Assembly (NCBI RefSeq): GCF_009914755.1 | Contig: NC_060933.1 | Strand: one strand, 5' to 3' | Source of the DNA: the human T2T-CHM13v2.0 reference genome, Homo sapiens | Length of the DNA: 64,000 nt | Part shown: piece after piece, positions 39,856 to 53,588 of the stretch | How positions within the stretch are numbered: the first letter of the stretch is position 1 | Layout: each line of letters begins with the position of its first letter | Program-made: the position numbers and the translations under genes | Notes under the pieces: generated by a model | What the model was told of the DNA's origin: nothing | The model's input: only the letters and a program-made list of their open reading frames with translations | Database searches by the model: none

Positions 39856-41199
39856 CCTACCAGCAAAATGCTAAGACCACACCGTTATTTGTAAGGGCTT
39901 TTTAACTCTATGTTTAACGACAAAATCTGTTGCTGAGAACTGATCCTGATCAGGTATTAGAGAAGCTCAGGAGTGCTAGGACCTCATGGCAGAACATACA
40001 CATTAAAGGAAGTGGGTCAGGGAGAAAGCTGGGCCACTTTTAGGGGCAGGAAATATTTACCTATTACCTGTGATAGATAAATGAAAACTAAAGTGAGAAA
40101 CATTACATGATAGTTCCTTGAACCTCTAAAGTGCTTCACGAACTGATTATGGGGCCCACCTGCCTTTTCCACCCACCCACCAAGCAAGTAAAACAGAACA
40201 AAAGCTGAACTGTGTCTGTACCAGAAGAGAAACTCACTGCCTTACTCTCTCACCATCCCACCTCTGAAGTGTCCTCACTTAGCTAACCTCATCATCTTTG
40301 ATGCCCTGTATTTATCTTCCAGACATTTCTTGGCCCATTGGTCTACCTGACATGACTTGAATCCTAATCCTGAGTTACCCCAATTGGCAGTCAATACAGG
40401 CCAAGTTGATGAGATAATGACTCAGCTGTCTTGGCTCTTAGAATCTGGTTGCAGGGAAAATCCTGGAAAGATCTATTTCCAAACGTACCGGCCATCTGTT
40501 TGACTTAAATGTGAGCTGCTTCCTGAGAAGCCAATGGCTCTACCTGGTGACTCCAATTACCAGGACAGTCTGGAGGCTGGTCACCTAGGAGATCTGTTCT
40601 TGGGGATATTCTCCTTGACTACGGTACAAGAAGCCCCTTGTATTTGGCACTAACTTGGAAGAATGGGGAGCTCTCAACCAGAAACACTTCATCTCTTGCT
40701 ATGCTTCTGCTCTGCAATTTGATGGAATCATTCTTTAATACAGCTGCATTTCTACCCCACATCAGAGATGATTGAAAGCAGGGGAAAATGTTCATATGAA
40801 AAATGGGGGGTTTTCAGTCAAGCAAATAGAAATCTGAAGGGTGATTTGATTAGAGTAGCAGCTTGGTCTAGTGAATGGAGCAATGAATTTTGAGTCAGGG
40901 CCCCAGACTGCATGAGACGTGTAAGGTACCAAACTTCTCTGAGTCTTTCGCTCCTAATCTATCTTACTAGACTTCTGGGTGGCTCAATAGGATAATGGGC
41001 ACGAAGTGCTCAGAAACTCCAAAGTGCCAGTTTATATGTAAATGATGAGTATCTTTTAGGATGTGGAATGTTTTTAAAGAGAAGGTTGCCACTGATCAAT
41101 TATTCTCTTTGCTCATACAGGACTGACAAGCTGGGTGGAGATGGTCTATGGAGTTACTGTTAGTGGCATTAGCTTGCAAGAGAAGTTATGTTCTCCCTG

Positions 41200-41460
41200 C
41201 AGAAGTCAGGAGATTTATCCAGCTTTTACCATCTGCCTTTGATTAGCTCTGTCACTCTTTCTCTTCCACCTTCAGGCTGTGTGTCCTTGGAAAAGTCACT
41301 TTGCCTCTCTAAACCTAGCTACTTCTCCAGTGAAATAGGGATCCTAATTCCCATCCTGGAAGGCTTCTGTGAGGAACAATGAGCTAATGCACGAAAGGTG
41401 CCTTGCTTCATGCCAGGCACATTTTAAAGGCACAATATAAAAGTAGCTGTTATTATTTTC
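41200..41460 (+). mobile_element. MIR SINE
   Basis: 'ggctgtgtgtccttggaaaagtcactttgcctctctaaacc'. Confidence 0.7.
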
Positions 41461-41699
41461 TCAGTTAGCAGCTGAGGAAAGGGAGGTTAGGGGATTAGGT
41501 AAGATAATGTATGTAAAGTACTTTACATAGTGTCTGGCACCTAATGAGCACTCCGTAAGTAGTCACTATTATTAGTGGAGATAAAGACATGTACATTACA
41601 AAAATAATAATGCAAAGTAGAAATGGATGAAACAGAAGAATACAAAAAGTGCTCAGCTACATCAAAGGAGAAAGAGGCAGCTGCTTCCAGCTAGGGAAA

Positions 41700-41880
41700 A
41701 CAGGGTCAGTTTCCCCAGCTTCACTGATGATGAGAATCACTTGAGAGCCTTGTTAATACAAATTCATCAACAATAACACACATTCAATCTCTAAGAAAGG
41801 GGCTAGGGAAGGAGCTGGGAAAGCTGCATGTTTAACAAGCACCCCAGGATTCATATCATGAAGGAAATTTGGAAAACTTC
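41700..41880. mobile_element. MER5B-like hAT element
   Basis: 'agaatcacttgagagccttgttaatac...gtttaacaagcaccccagg...aaatttggaaaac'. Confidence 0.6.
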
Positions 41881-42345
41881 CAAATTCCCTGGAGTGAATG
41901 CCATCCAAGTTGGCACTTGGCTGCTAGGTGACAATAGTAATAGTAGTCTCCAGCTTTGAGAACCAGACATTGTACTTACACTTCGTATCAATCATCATAA
42001 TCTTCTCCATGAGATAATAATCAGTAGGCCCATATTGCAGATGAGGAAACTGACATTCAGGGAGTTGAAAGGCATCGCACTCTGGAAAGTTCCAGAGCCA
42101 GGATTCAAATTCAGTCCTCTCTAATCACAAAGTCTGTGTGCTTTTCTCTAGGCAACACTATTGAGACATTTAATATGTGTACTGAAGAGACATTTCAGTT
42201 GTGGAAACAGCGTGAGCAAAGGCCTGGAGGAAGAAAAGCCAATGCTATAAGAAACAGCAATAACAGTAGTGTAATAGTAGTACGGCCAGGGCACAGAGTA
42301 AGTGAAAGGCAGTCATAGCAGAGAGGTAGGAAAGGTAGGTAGGCT

Positions 42346-42890
42346 TGTGTCAGTTGTGTTCAGGTTAAGTTACTGTTACAAAGAGACTTCCAAAATGCAG
42401 GGGCTTACATAAGAGAGCAGTCTGTTCCACCCTCACAGGAGTAACCTTTGGTGAGTGTCCTAGGATTTCAGCGGGTAGGGGCAGCAGCAGCTCTGCTATA
42501 AATGGTCACCTAGTGACTCAGGCTTCTAGATCAGCTCTACTGTCCTCAACATGGGGCTTCCATCCTTGGTCCAAGGCAGCTGTCCCAGTTGTTGCCATAT
42601 CTAAGCCAGAGGGAAATAAGGACACAGAGTCAGGAACAGACAGGTTTGCCTTTTAGGAAATGGCCTGGAATCTTCTAGAAATGAGAATGGCACTCACCTT
42701 TCCTCCATGTTCCCTCCATTGGCCTGAACCTAGTCACATGACCACACCTAGCTGCAAGGGAAGCTGGGAAACATAGTGACTGCTCAGGCCGCCATGTGCC
42801 CAACCAAACTTGGCAGAAAAGGTTGTTGTGTTATTGAAAGAAGAGAGGAGAGGAGAATGGATACTGGGGATCTCTGTTATGGGGCCATAT
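42346..42890 (-). mobile_element. MaLR LTR, MLT1K-like
   Basis: 'cattggcctgaacctagtcacatgaccacacctagctgcaagggaagctgggaaa'. Confidence 0.8.
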
Positions 42891-43419
42891 AGGGTGACAA
42901 CATACCAGAAGCAAAGACTTACATAGTGTTTAGTCTGTCCCAGGAACTTTCTAAATGTTTTGTCTGTATTAACTCAGTTAATCCTTACAAGCAATTTGAA
43001 TGCCAGAAGTGAGGGCTTGCTTAAAGAATAAAGTCTTTAATTGGATTACGGTAAGTATTGAGGGGTTTTGAACAAGAGGGTTGCAATGGACAGCTCTTCA
43101 TTACATTCTCTTCATCTATCAAAGGGTACATAGCAGCAGAAGCAATGAAGAGGACCCAGGCCTAAGAGTTGTAAGCCAGCTCTGTGGCTCCCTCACTCTG
43201 GGGTCACCAGTCACAGATCTCTTTGTCTCTTCATAAAATGAGGTGGTGGAATAGTTGGTGCTTGAGGTATCCCTCACTCTACAATTCTGTACCCTTGCCA
43301 GGTGCCCTCTTGTGAGCCCAGAACCACAGAGGACACTAGAAGGGAGAATAAATATAGGTATAGAGACACAATAAATTCCCACAGGACAGCCACAGAATAA
43401 GAAAAGTCTGTCTCAACAA

Positions 43420-44290
43420 GACTGGTAAACAGCATTCTCTAATCCTCTATCTTTAAAGTGTCAGTAAACACTGCCACTATCCTTCTGGCAAGAAGAAAGC
43501 TTAGGAGTCATCCTCGATACCTTCTCCTCCTTCATCGTCACCTCACTGTCTATTTCAAAACTGCCAATTTTATCTCCTAAATATATGCTGAAGCCATCCT
43601 TTTCTTTCTAGCTCTACCATTATGGCCATTGGTGGAACCATTTGTCTTTCCCCTGGACTACTGCAATTTCCTCCCATGATCTCCATCTTCCCTATTTGCT
43701 CTGAGCCAATCCATTCTCAGCCGCAAAAGAGATCCTAGTATAAAGCAAATATAAGCTTGCCATTTCCCTGCTTTAAACCCATCAAATGTGTCCCACTGCT
43801 CTTTATGAAAAATCCAAAGACATTCTACAATGTCTTGCAAAGTGCTACCTGATCTAGCCACCCCCCTGCCCATCTCTCCAGCCTTTACCTCTCCAACCTT
43901 ATTGCATACAACTTTTTCCCTTCATCACAGGCTCCAACCATCCTCGCCCTTTTTATTAATGGGCCACCCTCCCTTTCACCCCATGAAGACTTCTATATAG
44001 ATCATGTTTGCTCTGCGTAGAATGAGCCCCTACCCGTTCACCGACCCACTTTCATGTCTCAGCACTACTGTTGCTTCTTCAAGAAAACCTTTCTGAATTT
44101 CTCCCCCATCTACATCAGCCCCTCCTTATCTTAAATGCTACCAATTTATATATTTGTGTGATTATATAATTACATCTGTTGCACATTAAAAATTCTAAGC
44201 TCCAAAAGTACATGAATGTAATTTACTTTATTCATCATTATCTTTCCAATGAATAGAAGTTGAATGAAATAATTCATGGATGAGTGAATA
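43420..44290 (+). mobile_element. L2 LINE 3' portion
   Basis: 'ttaggagtcatcctcgatac', 'cctggactactgcaat', 'ccctgctttaaaccc'. Confidence 0.8.
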
Positions 44291-44501
44291 TCATTCCCCA
44301 TCATCTATAGAATATAATTCCAAACTTCCTATACTTTCCTCCAAAGCCCTGCTCAGTCTGGCTCCAAATCCAGCTTCAGAAACATGAGCCTGGACATATA
44401 AATCCTGATCCAGCTCCTCTCACTTAATTCTCACAATGACCCACTGAAATAAATGTTGTCCCCATTTCACAGATAAGGAAACAGACTCAGAGGGAAACTG
44501 A

Positions 44502-44855
<354 letters not shown>

Positions 44856-45239
44856 TGATGTCTATTTTTTAATAATCCTTACATCAATTTGTTTAGATGT
44901 CTTAATATTCTTAATATTCAAAGTGGTCTTAGGGCGGTTGAAACTTCAGACAATGGGCATCTGCCTGTGTACAACGGTTTCTAAGAAGTTTCTATGAAGT
45001 TCAGCCTAAAAGGGTCTGTGACAAAGACATGAGCTGTGGAGCCAGTATCAAGAAAATGCGAAAGATAATAATTAAATTTGATAGTAAGCAATCTATTTAT
45101 GATCCTGGAAATCCCACATTTCTTAACTCTTGCATACCATCCTGGGGTGGGCAGACGTTGTTTTATCTCTTTTTTTTGAGGCAAAACCTGAGTCTGAACC
45201 CTACTGGGTTGCCAGTATTGGACTTTTTTAACCTACAGT

Positions 45240-45253
45240 GTATATACATATAC

Positions 45254-45290
<37 letters not shown>

Positions 45291-45320
45291 TACACATGCA
45301 TACATGTACACAAACACACA
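45240..45320 (+). repeat. (TA)n/(CA)n compound microsatellite
   Basis: Directly visible. Confidence 0.9.
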
Positions 45321-46054
45321 TGATCTGAAGTTGTTCCCATGACAGTGGTGCCCACATACTCTTGCCAAACCACATTACTTTTCCTCAAAGATCAGGCTAG
45401 TACAATGGATGACTGAGAGTACAGCGAATTTTCCACCAAAGGTACACCTGGATAAGATCTAATGTTATCAAAGCAGATATCTAGGTTTCTAAATCTTTGG
45501 ATTACACAGTAATTGAAACAAGTTTTGTTGCGACAAAATACAGCATGATCTATCAAAGTTGGTTGGGAGGATTTTGTAAATGAAAGAGAAGAGAAATTGG
45601 TAACTCAGAAAAAGCAAGGAGAATAGAAATTGAAGCTCTTTGATTGGAGCAAGGTGAAAAGGGACTTCAGGAAGCACAATTAACTGGGAAACAGCAGAAT
45701 TTGTTCAGGTCTCTGAAAGGTTCCTGTGCACCTTGTCATTAAAATTAACCATGCCACCTCTTGTGTCACCTGCCTATCACCAGAGGTAGGTAAATGTGCA
45801 CCTCTGATGTCTAAATTTACCTCATTGCCCTCAACTAAAAGAAGTCAAGACAGTTCCATAGAAAACAGCTTGCACTGAATCCTGACATAGAGAAAGCCAA
45901 GGTAAGTCTGGGATGTCCTGTTATTTTCAAAACATTAGATATCAGGAATGGTAATCAAGGAAATCAAGATGACTAAAGGAAGGCAAGCGGAGTGACCCAA
46001 ACTTGAAGAAGTTAAATGTAAAACAAAGAGCATAGTCAAATTGAAATAGCATAA

Positions 46055-46320
46055 AAAGCTGCAGGCCCATATTGATGATGATAATAGCTAACACTTATGT
46101 GCCAGATCCTATTTTAAACACTTTACAAATAGTAACTCATTTAGAGCATACAACAACCTCAAAAAGTCTCTGTACTGTGAATAAGCCCCATTTTATGTAA
46201 AAATAAGCTGGGATACACAAAAGTGAAGTAATATGTTCAAGGTTACCTAGAGTACCAGGACCAGGATCTGAACCCAAAAAGCCTGACTCTAAACTCTTGT
46301 TTTTCAATCACAGCCATGCT
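46055..46320 (-). mobile_element. MIR SINE
   Basis: 'ataatagctaacacttatgtgccag...gttcaaggttacc...atctgaaccca'. Confidence 0.75.
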
Positions 46321-46809
46321 GTTGTGTAAAGTATAAAAACCCAATATTAAATGCCTACAAAGGAGTTCTAATACCCACACAAACCTCTGATATTATTTAC
46401 AGAAACACTGCATATTGATCAATCCAAAGTTACCAATCATAGATAGTGGAGAGTGGCAAAAAAGGACATAATTAGAGAATGACTTGCCACCTGGTATGCT
46501 TTTGATGGGATCTATTGACCAATTCATGATCATAGAGACAGATAAGTGTTATAGATGGAGAAGGTAGGGCTTAAGAAGGTTGAAAGTATGCTACAAACTT
46601 GAATAGAAACCGTGTGTTAAGTGAGAAGTTTTTTAGGTCTGGATAAGGCCTAAAAAACTACGATGTCCAGCTCCTGAGTCACAGTGGAGAATGTACCAGA
46701 ATAAGAGGGCTTTTCTTAGAATCACCCTGGGTTCTGACTTCAAGCTGACATCACCTACTAACTCATTAGAACCTATGAGCAGCTTTGGTGGGGAAGAGGG
46801 AGAGGGATA

Positions 46810-47045
46810 GCACTCTACACCACTGCAGAGTAGGTTTAAATTGTGGCTCCAAAACTTACCAGCTTGGGAGGTATTGAGCAAGTAAGTCTCTTGACCAAAC
46901 TACACCTCAATTTCCTCATCTGTAAAATGGGAATAAAATCAGAATGCACTGTAAAGGGTTGTTGTGAGGATTAAATTAGATGATACAGGTAAATCACTTG
47001 GCACAGGACCAGATACTTAATAGACTCAATGAAGATAATGAAATA
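46810..47045 (+). mobile_element. MIR SINE
   Basis: 'cctcaatttcctcatctgtaaaatgggaataa...gggttgttgtgaggattaaattagatgata'. Confidence 0.85.
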
Positions 47046-47719
47046 ATCTACGGCCTCTCTTTGAGGACAAGCCCGGTTGTACTAGCTACTCATGCCATGC
47101 AGAATTTTTTGCAGGGGCTGGAGAAAAGGCAAGTGAGGGGTTCAAACTAAAAACAGATGCATTTGTTGGAGTGTCATTGGCGGGTTCATCTCCTCTTAGG
47201 AATATGAGGAGGTCAAGTCTACAATTCACATTTGGATTAGATCCTAGTTTATCTATCGTATCCCTATGAGGTAGGTTCATACCCATTTAACAGATGAAGA
47301 GACTGAGGTTTGGAAATGGGGAACAACACCTCCCAGGTCACATAGTAGGTTCATATCAGATTATAGAGCCACAACCCAGGTGTCCTACTACTGAAGCCCC
47401 ACCATCTTGGCAGCCTGTTAAGAGCCTTGGCTTCTCCTCCTCTCTCTTTCCCTCCTCCCACAGCCAGAAAAGAGCAAGAACAAGCCCCATCTCAGCCACG
47501 CTAAAGGCTGAAATTTCTGCCTGTAGCAAGGATGAAACAATATTCACAAAGGTCAAAGAGTCACATGACACGTTAGTTTTCTTTCCATGATGATTTTTTT
47601 AACCTGACAGTTATAGAGTTTGTATATTGTGTTGATTTGTTGTTGCTGGAATTGTCACACATGTTGGAGTAGGGGTCTGAGAGTCCATTTTAAAAAGTGG
47701 TTGTTAGCAAAGGATGAAC

Positions 47720-48355
47720 ACGTATCTCTATGGTGTTTGTCTCTAAAGGGTGTGTATCTCTTAGAGGTGTGTGTGTGTATGTACTGTGCCTTACATGTGT
47801 ACTTTTAAGGATGTGTGTGTTTTAGTGGAGTGTATGTGTGTTTGCATGTTTTACCTGTATTTATATCTGGGTTAGGTGGACCTGCATTTGTATACACACA
47901 TCTCTGAATATTACACATGTAATATTGCATATGTCTGTATCTATCTGTGTATTGCAGTTCCTTGTGTACACGGTATAAGAATGAGTATTGTTTATATGAG
48001 TGAGTTGTGTGCATGGGTTGTGTGTTATATATGTGTGTCCATCTATTGCATGAGCTGATTGTATTTGGTGTGTTTCATATGCCTGTGCAGTACGGGTGTG
48101 TCTCAGTGTTGTTGCTGGGTGTTGCATGGGGATGTGTGGTGCATCCAGGAAGGAAGTGTTCTGCATAAGTGTATATTGTGTGCCTGTGTGTACTTATGTG
48201 TGTAGTCTGTGCCCTGTAGGTTAAAATATGGAGTACCTGGGTATGTTCTGTGTTTCTGGACTGTGTTCTATGTCTGTGTGTAGGGTGAGTGTTTGTGCTG
48301 GGTATCTGAGTGTCTGTGTTGCATGTGCCTGTGTGTGTGCACATGTATATGCCTG
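47720..48355 (+). repeat. Degenerate TG-rich low-complexity tract
   Basis: About 630 bp of decayed (TG)n/(TGTA)n. Confidence 0.8.
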
Positions 48356-49461
48356 GCATGAATTCCTCACCAGGCCTCTGTCTCTGAGTGAATTATGTCC
48401 CTCTCTCTCCCCTCCTTCCCTTTCTCTGCCCCCTGTTTTGGAGACGGCGTCTGGTAGTTATTAGCTGGTCAGACATTTTTATCTCCTCAAAATATCCTAT
48501 CGCTCATATCCAGCTCAGTAATCACAGGAATGGGCTTCAGAGACATCGTTTATGCCGCAGCCTCCACAGACCAGGAGAACTCGTGTCACTTTTACCTATT
48601 TGTCACTGAAAATAAAGACTCACGAGCAAAATAGCTGCTGTCTCAGCCTGGATTAACTATTTCTGAGCCAGTTTGAATTTTCTTCAGTGAAGCTATAAAT
48701 ATTGCACAGGCCAGGGGTGAAACACAAGGGGCTGGGAGCCTAGAAATACCTGGCATCCCCAGCTTCCAACTACTGTAATATACAATGATTAGGCTCAACC
48801 ATTGTTTCTTGCATGGAATGTGGCTGTCATTTGCTGGGAGAGGGGTGTAGGGAAGATACGTTGTCCAACAGGACGATTCTGCACATTGTAGGCTGTTCCA
48901 CCCCACCCACCAGATGCTGATGCCCCGAGTGTCTCCAGCCATTTTTCCTGCAGAGCATCTCCACATGTTCAAATTCCCCCAGAGAGGGGGAGAGCAGGAC
49001 CACCCTGTTGTGAGTCACTGAGTTAAACTATAGAAGTATGAATTCATTGGATTAGAAGGACTTAAATGACAGCTTTCAGGCATTATTCTCCTGGAACACT
49101 CTGCTGTGTTTAATTTATTCATCCATCTATTCATTCTTAGTCATTATTTCAATGAACAAATATTTGCTCAGCACCTGTGCCAGGTACTTTTCTAACCATC
49201 TTGGATATAAGAGGAACAGGGTGAGCAAGGCCCTTGTTCTCCAGGACCTTATAGTCTAATAGGGAAGACAATCAGTAAACATATAAACAAATAAATAAAC
49301 AAGAAATGATGGGGAAGAAATAAGAGCCTTCATAGCCATAAAACAAGCATTTGATAGTGTGAAGGGGTGGGGCTTCTTTAGCTTGAGGGAGGACAGGGAA
49401 AGGCTTTCCTGAGAGAGAACAGGTAAGCTGAGGCCTAAATGTTACAAAGAACTAAGATAAA

Positions 49462-49860
<399 letters not shown>

Positions 49861-50026
49861 CTAAGGGCAATGGGAAGCCATTGCAGGATGTTTAAAAAGT
49901 AAGCTATGTATAGGATAGATTCTGAGGGCAAGGAGACAAGCCAGATCAGAAGGGCCATCATGTACCACAAGGAAGCAGAAGCTATGAGGGGATGACCTGG
50001 AGGTAATGAACAGCCTCAGTGTAGGT

Positions 50027-50303
50027 CCGTGATTCTTAAACTTCAGTATGCGGCAGAATCCCCTAGAAGGCTTGCTAAAGTGCACATTGCTGAGCCCATC
50101 CCCAGAGTTTCTACTCCCATAGGACAGAGGGTGCAGCTGGAGAATTTGCGTGGAATTCTGTATAGCTATAATAGGACATAAAGGTGATTGGTGCATTGCA
50201 GGGACCCAAAGCCTGGCCTTTTCCCAAGGAGAGGACCTCCGCCCATGACTTTTTCCCAGGTGATGCTCATGCTGCTGGTCCAGGGAACACTTGAAAACCA
50301 CTG
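50027..50303 (+). mobile_element. MER5A with a foreign internal insertion of about 90 bp
   Basis: 'ttcttaaacttcagtatgcggcagaatc...gagaatttgc' [insert] 'ttcccaggtgatgctcatgctgctggtccagggaacacttgaaaaccactg'. Confidence 0.85.
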
Positions 50304-50668
50304 CTGTTGAGAAGAGATACAGAGCAAAGATGAGGAAAACCAGTATGCCCAAGAATTAGGTCCCCTTAATTTCATCCAAAAAGGAAGAAACAATGACAAT
50401 GACAACAGTGTAAATTCTTACTATATACTGGGCACTATGCTAAGTGTTCTATGTGCATCATCCTACGCAATGCCATTCTGAAGGAGATATTATTAATTAT
50501 TCTCATCTTGGAGAAGATGAAATTATGGTTTTAGAGAAACCAGGGATCTTGTCCAAGTTCCCACTGCCAAGAGCCCTATTTCCAGGTGAAGCCATCTGAC
50601 TCCAGAGTCTGCAAGTTCAATCAAATCTGTTTCCAAAGGCCCTGGAACTTCTTTGGATTTTGAGTCAT

Positions 50669-50870
50669 TGTATTAGTCTGTTCTCATGCTGCTAATAAAG
50701 ACATACTTGAGACTGGGTAATTTATAAAGAAAAAGAGGCTTAATGAACACATACTTCCACATGGCTGGGGAAGCCTCACAATCATGGTGGAATGCAGAGG
50801 AGGAGAAAAGGCATATCTTACATGCTGGCAGGCAAGAGAGCAAGTGCAGGGGAACTGCCCTTTATAAAAT
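50669..50870 (-). mobile_element. Truncated THE1 (C/D-like) LTR
   Basis: 'tgtattagtctgttctcatgctgctaataaagacatac...ggggaactgccctttataaaa' then an abrupt end. Confidence 0.88.
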
Positions 50871-51136
50871 CCCCTGGTCAGGGGTGTAAAACCCCTTCAC
50901 TGGAACATATTCATCTAGATAATAAACTGCTCTCCCCCTAGTTAGCCTGAAGGAGTCTCTGCTTCTTGCCTCCTACATAGTAAATCAGACAAGTGGCAGA
51001 GCAGGGACCAGTCCAGAGGGCACCTGACTGTAGTCCATGGAATGGTTCTTTCTGCTTCACCTACCGTCTCTCCATCTACAGGCAGAGAAAGGAGGCAAAA
51101 CTCTCTCTCCCTTCTCTCCGTCTCTCTTCTCAAATA

Positions 51137-51138
<2 letters not shown>

Positions 51139-51176
<38 letters not shown>
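51139..51176 (+). repeat. (CA)19 microsatellite
   Basis: Directly visible. Confidence 0.97.
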
Positions 51177-51179
<3 letters not shown>

Positions 51180-51699
51180 ATTCATGCATGCACAGTTTCT
51201 CATTCCATCAGCGTATCAGCATGCCGGGGCTCCCTGACTGCAAATATTTACTCCCAGCTTTTTTATCTACAAGGCATAAACAATTCCAGCATATGCTCAG
51301 CATGAGCCACCTGTAACTGTTCCAGGGCCTCTCTGCCTTTGCCATAGGAGGTGTGATGATGGGGATTATGGGAGGCTTTTCTGTGGCTTCCTTCCTGACC
51401 ACTGTCTCATGAGTCCTGAGTGCAGCAAGAGCTAGGATAGGACATAAAGGTGATCGATGCATTGGGGATGCCCAAAGCCCTGCCTTTCCCAAGAGGACCT
51501 CCAAATCCACTGGCCACAAGGTGTGGAGGTTTTGGACAATGCCGGTCAGAGCTTTTATTGAGGGATAGTTTTAAAGGTACACAAAAGATATTTCCAGAAT
51601 ATGCAAAGAAGAATTCACAACTGCTCCCAACAAAATGGATTACCATCATGCAAAGTGTAAAATTCTCTTTAGAAGATTTCATGAAGCCCCAAAACCAAA

Positions 51700-51930
51700 A
51701 GAATGGTCTAATTACTAAGCACCTAAAAGTGGGCAGATACTTTGCTTCTAACGTCTCACTTATCCTCACTACAATACTAGAAGATAGATACCATTACTAT
51801 TTCTGTTTTGTAAATGAGAAAATCAAGGCACAGAGAGGTTGAGTCATTTGCTTCAAGGTCACACAGCTGGTAAATGGCTGATATGGGATACTATCCAGCA
51901 TTCATCTAACTCCAGAGCCCAAAGGAGTCC
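51700..51930 (-). mobile_element. MIR SINE
   Basis: 'aatgagaaaatcaaggcacagagaggttgagtcatttgcttcaaggtcacacagctggtaaatggc'. Confidence 0.85.
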
Positions 51931-52249
51931 ATGGTGCTGTGCTGCTTCCTGAGACCATGGAATCACACTCAGCATGAAGAGTTGCATACTTGCCTAGGGA
52001 AAGGCAGGCAGTTTGGTGCAAAAACAGTCTATTAGACTCCCATTTTGGAAGATTACTTGGGCCATCTCTTCTCATCATGGTCACTACTACTTTTTTTGTG
52101 CTGGTGGCTTTTTATCTAGAGTGGGACTTGCAGTCCAAAGACTTGAGCACTTATTATTGGCACAGGGCAGGTGAGGGGGTGAGAGAAATATGAATAAAAC
52201 ACAAGTTTTGCTGTCAAAAAACTTAAAAGGGATATGATGAGGAAGTATC

Positions 52250-53205
52250 ATGGAGCAATGTGTGAGAGTTCCAGTGGCTCCAGATCCCTGACAACCCTAA
52301 GTATTATCAGTCCTTTTAATTTTAGCCTTTCTGGTGGGTGTGGGATAGCATCTCATTGCAGTTTAATTTGTATTCCTCTGGTGGCTAATATGCTGAGCAG
52401 CTTTCACATGATTATTGGCCATTGTGATATCTCTTTTATAGTCTTTTATAGTTCTTGCCTGTTCAAGTCTTTGCTAGCTTTTTTTGATATAAAGTTGTGG
52501 AGCACAAGTGCAATTTTGTTACATCCATAGATGGAATAATGGTTAAGTCAAAGCTTTAGAATATCCATCACCCAAACAACATGCATTGCACTCAAGTAAT
52601 TCTCATCACCGAATCCCTTTCCACCCTTCACCCTTCCCAGTCTCCATTGTCTGTCTTCCACTCTCACTGAGTTGTCTTTTTTCCATTAACAGTTCTTTAC
52701 ATATTACTAATATGAACCCCATTCAGATATACATGTTGCAAATGTCTTTTCCCCATCTGTGATTTTCACTATTGGTGTCTTTCAATAAACAAATGTTCTT
52801 AATTTTAATAATATTTCATTTATCATTCAAAGGGTAAAATTCTCTTTAGAGAACTTCATAAAATCCCAAAAGAAAAAGAATGGCCTAATTACTGAGCACC
52901 ATCAGTTTTCTTTTCTGGCTGGTGATTTTTTTAATGTCCTATTTAAGAGTTGTTTCCCTCAAAGTCATGAGGATTTTTTCCTATGTTTTCTTCTAGAACC
53001 TCTATTATTTTACCTTTCTCATCTGTGTCTATAATCTATTTTTAATTATCTTTTGTGTATGGTATGAAAGAAGGGTTAAAGTTGATTTTTGTCCATATGG
53101 ATATTCAGTTGACCAAACAAAAAATCTTTCTTTTCCCTTTGAATGCCAATCATGTTTTTGTAGTAAATAAGATCATAAAATATGTGTGGGTCAGTGTCTG
53201 GACAG
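52250..53205 (-). mobile_element. Old L1 (L1MC/L1ME-type) with a nested L1MA 3' end (about 52480-52665)
   Basis: 'agcaatgtgtgagagttccagtggctcc', 'ttttgtgtatggtatgaaagaagggtt', nested 'gcacaagtgcaattttgttacat'. Confidence 0.8.
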
Positions 53206-53588
53206 ATAGTACTTTTAACCAATAAAAAAAAGTAATCTTAAGGACAGTGGGATAGAAGATGGAAAACCAAAATTTATCCTGACATTAATTTCCTATGCTA
53301 CTTTGGGGAAGTACTTCTCTTCTCTGAGCATCCATTTTTTATTTAAAAATATATATCTGAGGGAATAGGACTAGATGATGATATTACTCCTTATATTCAA
53401 ATACACAATGGCTTACCAAATTCAAAGTTTTTTTTATAGTTAATCTCTTTATTGGAGCTGACTTTTATCTCAAAGTTGAGTTCCAAATGGGCCTAAAAAT
53501 TAGCTACAAGTGACCTCATAGAAACCTTGAAGCAAAGGAAGAATATGAGAATGAATGGGGTATGAAACATTGTTAGGACTTAGGTGAC

